17,425 bases of DNA from IMG/VR virus record IMGVR_UViG_2531839586_000008; one strand, written 5' to 3'. The notes beneath the pieces are model-generated. The model saw only the letters and a list, made by a program, of their open reading frames with translations. It had not been told where the DNA came from and ran no database searches. Shown here piece after piece: positions 11,841 to 17,425 of this stretch; the first letter of the stretch is position 1, and each line of letters begins with the position of its first letter. This DNA is from a virus (taxonomy: Duplodnaviria; Heunggongvirae; Uroviricota; Caudoviricetes). The position numbers and the translations under genes were made by a program.

Positions 11841-12262
11841 ATGTTCCTGAAAACCGAATCATTTGAACATAACGGTGTGACCGTCACGCTTTCTGAACTG
11901 TCAGCCCTGCAGCGTATTGAGCATCTCGCCCTGATGAAACGGCAGGCAGAACAGGCGGAGTCAGTCTCAATCGACAGGTGAGCGTGGAAGATCTCGTCAG
12001 AACCGGCGCTTTTCTGGTGGCGATGTCCCTGTGGCATAGCCATCCGCAGAAGACAAAGATGCCGTCCATGAATGAAGCCGTTAAACAAATTGAGCAGGAA
12101 GTGCTTACCACCTGGCCCACAGAGGCAATTGCTCAGGCTGAAAATGTGGTAATGCGTCTGTCCGGTATGTCTGAGTTTGTTGTGAATGATGCACCTGAAC
12201 AGGCAGATGACGCCGGGCCAGCAGAGCCTGTTTCTGCGGGAAAGTGTTCGACGGTGAGCTGA
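11841..12262 (+). pseudogene. G: Tail assembly chaperone G, frame-disrupted about 45 codons in
   Basis: ATG at 11841 gives MFLKTESFEHNGVTVTLSELSALQRIEHLALMKRQAEQAESVSIDR, then TGA at 11979-11981. The conserved remainder VEDLVRTGAFLVAMSLWHSHPQKTKMPSMNEAVKQIEQEVLTTWPTEA...AGKCSTVS is in the 11978-12262 frame. Confidence 0.65.
12238..12244 (+). other. G-T programmed -1 ribosomal frameshift slippery heptamer GGGAAAG
   Basis: GGGAAAG lies 16 nt upstream of the G stop, with the T reading frame open in the -1 frame from this point, as established for lambda G/G-T. Confidence 0.6.
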
Positions 12263-12678
12263 GTTTTGCCCTGAAACTGGCGCGTGAGATGGGGCGACCC
12301 GACTGGCGTGCCATGCTTGCCGGGATGTCATCCACGGAGTATGCCGACTGGCACCGCTTTTACAGTACCCATTATTTTCATGATGTTCTGCTGGATATGC
12401 ACTTTTCCGGGCTGACGTACACCGTACTCAGCCTGTTTTTCAGCGATCCGGATATGCATCCGCTGGATTTCAGTTTGCTGAACCGGCGTGAGGCTGACGA
12501 AGAGCCTGAAGATGATGTGCTGATGCAGAAAGCGGCAGGGCTTGCCGGAGGTGTCCGCTTTGGCCCGGACGGGAATGAAGTTATCCCTACTTCCCCGGAT
12601 GTGGCGGACATGACGGAGGATGACGTAATGCTGATGACAGTATCAGAAGGGATCGCAGGAGGAGTCCGGTATGGCTGA
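12244..12678 (+). CDS. T: T frame of the G-T tail assembly chaperone (expressed only as a G-T fusion via -1 frameshift)
   Basis: Open frame VFDGELSFALKLAREMGRPDWRAMLAGMSSTEYADWHRFYSTHYFHDVLLDMHFSGLTYTV... in the -1 frame relative to the G C-terminus, ending with an 8-nt overlap with the H start. Confidence 0.7.
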   Translation: MFDGELSFALKLAREMGRPDWRAMLAGMSSTEYADWHRFYSTHYFHDVLLDMHFSGLTYTVLSLFFSDPDMHPLDFSLLNRREADEEPEDDVLMQKAAGLAGGVRFGPDGNEVIPTSPDVADMTEDDVMLMTVSEGIAGGVRYG

Positions 12679-15234
12679 ACCGGTAGGCGATCTGGTCGTT
12701 GATTTGAGTCTGGATGCGGCCAGATTTGACGAGCAGATGGCCAGAGTCAGGCGTCATTTTTCCGATACGGAAAGTGATGCGAAAAAAACAGCGGCAGTCG
12801 TTGAACAGTCAATGAACCGGCAGGCGCTGGCTGCACAGAAAGCGGGGATTTCCGTCGGACAGTATAAAGCCGCCATGCGTATGCTGCCTGCACAGTTCAC
12901 CGACGTGGCCACGCAGCTTGCAGGCGGGCAAAGTCCGTGGCTGATCCTGCTGCAACAGGGGGGTCAGGTGAAGGACTCCTTCGGCGGGATGATCCCCATG
13001 TTCCGGGGGCTTGCCGGTGCGATCACCCTGCCGATGGTGGGGGCCACCTCGCTGGCGGTGGCGACCGGTGCGCTGGCGTATGCCTGGTATCAGGGCAACT
13101 CAACCCTGTCCGATTTCAACAAAACGCTGGTCCTTTCCGGCAATCAGGCGGGACTGACGGCAGATCGTATGCTGGTCCTGTCCAGAGCCGGGCAGGCGGC
13201 AGGGCTGACGTTTAACCAGACCAGCGAGTCACTAGCCTGGTAATGCCGGTGTGGGTGGCAGTTGCGTCCATCAGCCAGAGTGTGGCGCGTTTCTCCTCTG
13301 CATCCGGCGTGGAGGTGGACAAGGTCGCTGAAGCCTTCGGGAAGCTGACCACTGACCCGACGTCGGGCTGACGCGATGGCACGCAGTTCCATAACGTGAC
13401 GGCGGAGCAGATTGCGTATGTTGCTCAGTTGCAGCGTTCCGGCGATGAAGCCGGGGCATTGCAGGCGGCGAACGAGGCCGCAACGAAAGGGTTTGATGAC
13501 CAGACCCGCCGCCTGAAAGAGAACATGGGCACGCTGGAGACCTGGGCAGACAGGACAGCACGGGCATTCAAATCCATGTGGGATTCGGTGCTGGATATTG
13601 GTCGCCCGGACACTGCCCAGGGAATGCTGGAGAAAGCAGAAAAGGCTTTTGATGAGGCGGACAAAAAATGGCAGTGGTATCAGAGCCGGAGCCACCGGCG
13701 CGGTAAAACCTCAGCATTTCTTGCCAATCTCCGGGGAGCATGGGAGGACAGAGCGAATGCGCAACTTGGGCTTTCAGCCGCCACGTTGCAGGCCGATCTT
13801 GAAAAGGCCAGAGAGATGGCAGCAAAGGACTGGGCCGAGTCTGAGGCATCACGGCTGAAATATACCGAAGAGGCGCAGAAGGCTTACGAACGGCTGCAGA
13901 CGCCGCTGGAGAAATATACCGCCCGTCAGGAAGAACTGAACAAGGCACTGAAAGACGGGAAAATCCTGCAGGCGGATTACAACACGCTGATGGCGGCGGC
14001 GAAAAAGGATTATGAAGCGACGCTGAAAAAGCCGAAACAGTCCGGCGTGAAAGTGTCTGCGGGCGATCGTCAGGAAGACAGTGCTCATGCTGCCCTGCTG
14101 ACGCTTCAGGCAGAACTCCGGACGCTGGAGAAGCATGCCGGAGCAAATGAGAAAATCAGCCAGCAGCGCCGGGATTTGTGGAAGGCGGAGAGTCAGTTCG
14201 CGGTACTGGAGGAGGCGGCGCAACGTCGCCAGCTGTCTGCACAGGAGAAATCCCTGCTGGCGCATAAAGATGAGACGCTGGAGTACAAACGCCAGCTGGC
14301 TGCACTTGGCGACAAGGTTACGTATCAGGAGCGCCTGAACGCGCTGGCGCAGCAGGCGGATAAATTCGCACAGCAGCAACGGGCAAAACGGGCCGCCATT
14401 GATGCGAAAAGCCGGGGGCTGACTGACCGGCAGGCAGAACGGGAAGCCACGGAACAGCGCCTGAAGGAACAGTATGGCGATAATCCGCTGGCGCTGAATA
14501 ACGTCATGTCAGAGCAGAAAAAGACCTGGGCGGCTGAAGACCAGCTTCGCGGGAACTGGATGGCAGGCCTGAAGTCCGGCTGGAGTGAGTGGGAAGAGAG
14601 CGCCACGGACAGTATGTCGCAGGTAAAAAGTGCAGCCACGCAGACCTTTGATGGTATTGCACAGAATATGGCGGCGATGCTGACCGGCAGTGAGCAGAAC
14701 TGGCGCAGCTTCACCCGTTCCGTGCTGTCCATGATGACAGAAATTCTGCTTAAGCAGGCAATGGTGGGGATTGTCGGGAGTATCGGCAGCGCCATTGGCG
14801 GAGCTGTTGGTGGCGGAGCATCCGCGTCAGGCGGTACAGCCATTCAGGCCGCTGCGGCGAAATTCCATTTTGCGACCGGGGGATTTACGGGAACCGGCGG
14901 CAAATATGAGCCAGCGGGGATTGTTCACCGTGGTGAGTTTGTCTTCACGAAGGAGGCAACCAGCCGGATTGGCGTGGGGAATCTTTACCGGCTGATGCGC
15001 GGCTATGCCACCGGCGGTTATGTCGGTACACCGGGCGGCATGGCAGACAGCCGGTCGCAGGCGTCCGGGACGTTTGAGCAGAATAACCATGTGGTGATTA
15101 ACAACGACGGCACGAACGGGCAGATAGGTCCGGCTGCTCTGAAGGCGGTGTATGACATGGCCCGCAAGGGTGCCCGTGATGAAATTCAGACACAGATGCG
15201 TGATGGTGGCCTGTTCTCCGGAGGTGGACGATGA
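12671..15234 (+). pseudogene. H: Tail tape measure protein H, frame-disrupted between the N-terminal 190 aa and the C-terminal 612 aa
   Basis: ORF 12671-13243 (MAEPVGDLVVDLSLDAARFDEQMARVRRHF...) stops at 13241-13243. An H-like peptide ASISQSVARFSSASGVEVDKVAEAFGKLTTDPTSG is in a third frame, and the remainder (13396-15234, ...GGLFSGGGR) is in another. Coiled-coil and Gly-rich composition is typical of tape measure proteins. Confidence 0.75.
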
Positions 15235-15560
15235 AGACCTTCCGCTGGAAAGTGAAACCCGGTATGGATGTGGCTTCGGTCCCTTCTGTAAGAAAGGTGC
15301 GCTTTGGTGATGGCTATTCCCAGCGAGCGCCTGCCGGGCTGAATGCCAACCTGAAAACGTACAGCGTGACGCTTTCTGTCCCCCGTGAGGAGGCCACGGT
15401 ACTGGAGTCGTTTCTGGAAGAGCACGGGGGCTGGAAATCCTTTCTGTGGACGCCGCCTTATGAGTGGCGGCAGATAAAGGTGACCTGCGCAAAATGGTCG
15501 TCGCGGGTCAGTATGCTGCGTGTTGAGTTCAGCGCAGAGTTTGAACAGGTGGTGAACTGA
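15231..15560 (+). CDS. M: Tail tip assembly protein M, 109 aa
   Basis: Intact ORF MKTFRWKVKPGMDVASVPSVRKVRFGDGYSQRAPAGLNANLKTYSVTLSVPREEATVLESFLEEHGGWKSFLWTPPYEWRQIKVTC...; ATGA overlap with the H stop. Confidence 0.9.
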   Translation: MKTFRWKVKPGMDVASVPSVRKVRFGDGYSQRAPAGLNANLKTYSVTLSVPREEATVLESFLEEHGGWKSFLWTPPYEWRQIKVTCAKWSSRVSMLRVEFSAEFEQVVN

Positions 15561-16253
15561 TGCAGGATATCCGGCAGGAAACACTGAATGAATGCACCCG
15601 TGCGGAGCAGTCGGCCAGCGTGGTGCTCTGGGAAATCGACCTGACAGAGGTCGGTGGAGAACGTTATTTTTTCTGTAATGAGCAGAACGAAAAAGGTGAG
15701 CCGGTCACCTGGCAGGGGCGACAGTATCAGCCGTATCCCATTCAGGGGAGCGGTTTTGAACTGAATGGCAAAGGCACCAGTACGCGCCCCACGCTGACGG
15801 TTTCTAACCTGTACGGCATGATCACCGGGATGGCGGAAGATCTGCAGAGTCTGGTCGGCGGAACGGTGGTCCGGCGTAAGGTTTACGCCCGTTTCTGGAT
15901 GCGGTGAACTTCGTCAACGGAAACAGAGCCGATCCGGAGCAGGAGGTGATCAGCCGCTGGCGCATGAGCAGTGCAGCGAACTGAGCGCGGTGAGTGCCTC
16001 CTTTGTACTGTCCACGCCGACTGAAACGGATGGCGCTGTTTTTCCGGGACGTATCATGCTGGCCAACACCTGCACCTGGACCTATCGCGGCGATGAGTGC
16101 GGTTATAGCGGTCCGGCTGTCGCGGATGAATATGACCAGCCAACGTCCGATATCACGAAGGATAAATGCAGCAAATGCCTGAGCGGTTGTAAGTTCCGCA
16201 ATAACGTCGGCAACTTTGGCGGCTTCCTTTCCATTAACAAACTTTCGCAGTAA
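15560..16253 (+). pseudogene. L: Tail tip assembly protein L, frame-disrupted in the middle
   Basis: ORF 15560-15907 (MQDIRQETLNECTRAEQSASVVLWEIDLTEVGGERYFFCNEQNEKGEPVTWQGRQYQPYPIQGSGF...RRKVYARF) stops prematurely. The C-terminal part (...SASFVLSTPTETDGAVFPGRIMLANTCTWTYRGDECGYSGP...SINKLSQ) is in the 15990-16253 frame. Confidence 0.7.
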
Positions 16254-16257
16254 TCCC

Positions 16258-17001
16258 ATGACACAGACAGAATCAGCGATTCTGGCGCACGCCCGGCGAT
16301 GTGCGCCAGCGGAGTCGTGCGGCTTCGTGGTGAGAACGCCGGAGGGGGAAAGATATTTTCCCTGCGTGAATATCTCCGGTGAGCCGGAGGCGTATTTCCG
16401 GATGTCGCCGGAGGACTGGCTGCAGGCAGAAATGCAGGGTGAGATTGTGGCGCTGGTCCACAGCCACCCCGGTGGTCTGCCCTGGCTGAGTGAGGCCGAC
16501 CGGCGGCTGCAGGTGCAGAGTGATTTGCCGTGGTGGCTGGTCTGCCGGGGGACGATTCATAAATTCCGCTGTGTGCCGCATCTCACCGGGCGGCGCTTTG
16601 AGCACGGGGTGACGGACTGTTACACGCTGTTCCGGGACGCTTACCATCTGGCGGGAATTGAGATGCCGGATTTTCATCGCGGGGATAACTGGTGGCGTCA
16701 CGGTCAGAATCTCTATCTGGATAATCTGGAGGCCACAGGGCTGTATCAGGTGCCGTTGTCAGCGGCGCAGCCGGGCGATGTGCTGCTGTGCTGTTTTGGT
16801 TCATCGGTGCCGAATCATGCCGCCATTTACTGTGGTGACGGCGAGCTGCTGCACCATATTCCTGAACAACTGAGCAAACGAGAGAGGTATACCGACAAAT
16901 GGCAGCGACGCACACACTCCCTCTGGCGTCACCGGGCATGGCACGCATCTGCCTTTACGGGGATTTGCAACGATTTGGCCGCCGCATCGACCTTCGTGTG
17001 A
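16258..17001 (+). CDS. K: Tail tip assembly protein K (JAB/MPN metalloprotease-like N-domain plus NlpC/P60-like C-domain), 247 aa
   Basis: ORF MTQTESAILAHARRCAPAESCGFVV... contains the JAMM-type motif HSHPGGLPWLSEAD (HxHx7Sx2D) and a downstream Cys/His-containing NlpC/P60-like region (DCYTLF...). Position between L and I matches lambda. Confidence 0.85.
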   Translation: MTQTESAILAHARRCAPAESCGFVVRTPEGERYFPCVNISGEPEAYFRMSPEDWLQAEMQGEIVALVHSHPGGLPWLSEADRRLQVQSDLPWWLVCRGTIHKFRCVPHLTGRRFEHGVTDCYTLFRDAYHLAGIEMPDFHRGDNWWRHGQNLYLDNLEATGLYQVPLSAAQPGDVLLCCFGSSVPNHAAIYCGDGELLHHIPEQLSKRERYTDKWQRRTHSLWRHRAWHASAFTGICNDLAAASTFV

Positions 17002-17425
17002 AAACGGGGGCCGAAGCCATCCGGGCGCTGGCCATGCAGATCCCGGCGTTTCGTCAGAAGCTGAGCGACGGCTGGTATCAGGTACGCATTGCCGGGCGTG
17101 ATGCAGGTAAAACCGAATTGTCTGCCCGTCTTAATGAGCCGCTGGAAAATGGTGCCGTGATCCATATCGTGCCGCGTCTGGCAGGAGCCAAAAGTGGCGG
17201 TGTGTTTCAGGCTGTGCTGGGGGCGGCTGTTATGGCGGTTGCTATATGGATGCCGGGGGTAGGAATTATGGCGAGTAATCTGCTGTTTTCTCTCGGTGCC
17301 AGTATGGTGCTCGGTGGTGTGGCGCAGATGCTGGCACCGAAAGCCAGAACTCCCCGTACACAGACAACGGATAACGGCAAACAGAACACCTATTTCTCCT
17401 CACTGGATAACATGGTTGCCCAGGG
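16899..17425 (+). CDS. I: Tail tip assembly protein I, N-terminal part (3' end outside window)
   Basis: ATG at 16899 opens a frame with no stop to the window end (MAATHTLPLASPGMARICLYGDLQRFGRRIDLRVKTGAEAIRAL...). It overlaps the K 3' end in a different frame, as in lambda. Not in the ORF track because no stop lies within the window. Confidence 0.8.
   Translation, partial: MAATHTLPLASPGMARICLYGDLQRFGRRIDLRVKTGAEAIRALAMQIPAFRQKLSDGWYQVRIAGRDAGKTELSARLNEPLENGAVIHIVPRLAGAKSGGVFQAVLGAAVMAVAIWMPGVGIMASNLLFSLGASMVLGGVAQMLAPKARTPRTQTTDNGKQNTYFSSLDNMVAQ

Noticed and set aside
11198-12335. Minus-strand ORFs 11198-11815 (205 aa) and 11822-12331 (169 aa)
   Set aside because: Antisense to V and G/T, whose identity is supported by recognisable lambda-like peptides on the plus strand.
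13568-15492. Long minus-strand ORFs inside H (13568-14146, 13849-14379, 14325-14843, 14827-15492)
   Set aside because: Antisense to the clearly tape-measure-like H reading frame; repetitive, biased composition typical of shadow ORFs.

Overview
This window is the left (late) arm of a lambda-like prophage, preceded by a short accessory region and the 3' end of an IS21-family insertion sequence. In order: the istB C-terminus of the IS element (1-255); a Rha-family regulator gene (+); an AT-rich two-gene minus-strand module encoding a DUF1398 (YdfO/YbcV-like) protein and a small ribbon-helix-helix DUF3950 (YnfO/YlcI-like) protein; the cos site (cosN GGGCGGCGACCT at 2173-2184, cosB with R3-I1-R2-R1); then the lambda gene order Nu1-A-W-B-C(Nu3)-D-E-FI-FII-Z-U-V-G/T-H-M-L-K-I, with I cut by the window end. 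Protein sequences are very close to phage lambda (from recall, not a computed alignment). However, B, C/Nu3, FII, V, G, H and L are each split across reading frames by short local indel clusters, and A has a frame-shifted but frame-restored segment. As written, this is either a defective prophage or an assembly with localized indel errors; I cannot tell which from the sequence alone. No rRNA, tRNA or CRISPR array was seen, and I found no convincing novel multi-gene system; the most plausible unexplored element is the small RHH + DUF1398 module next to cos.
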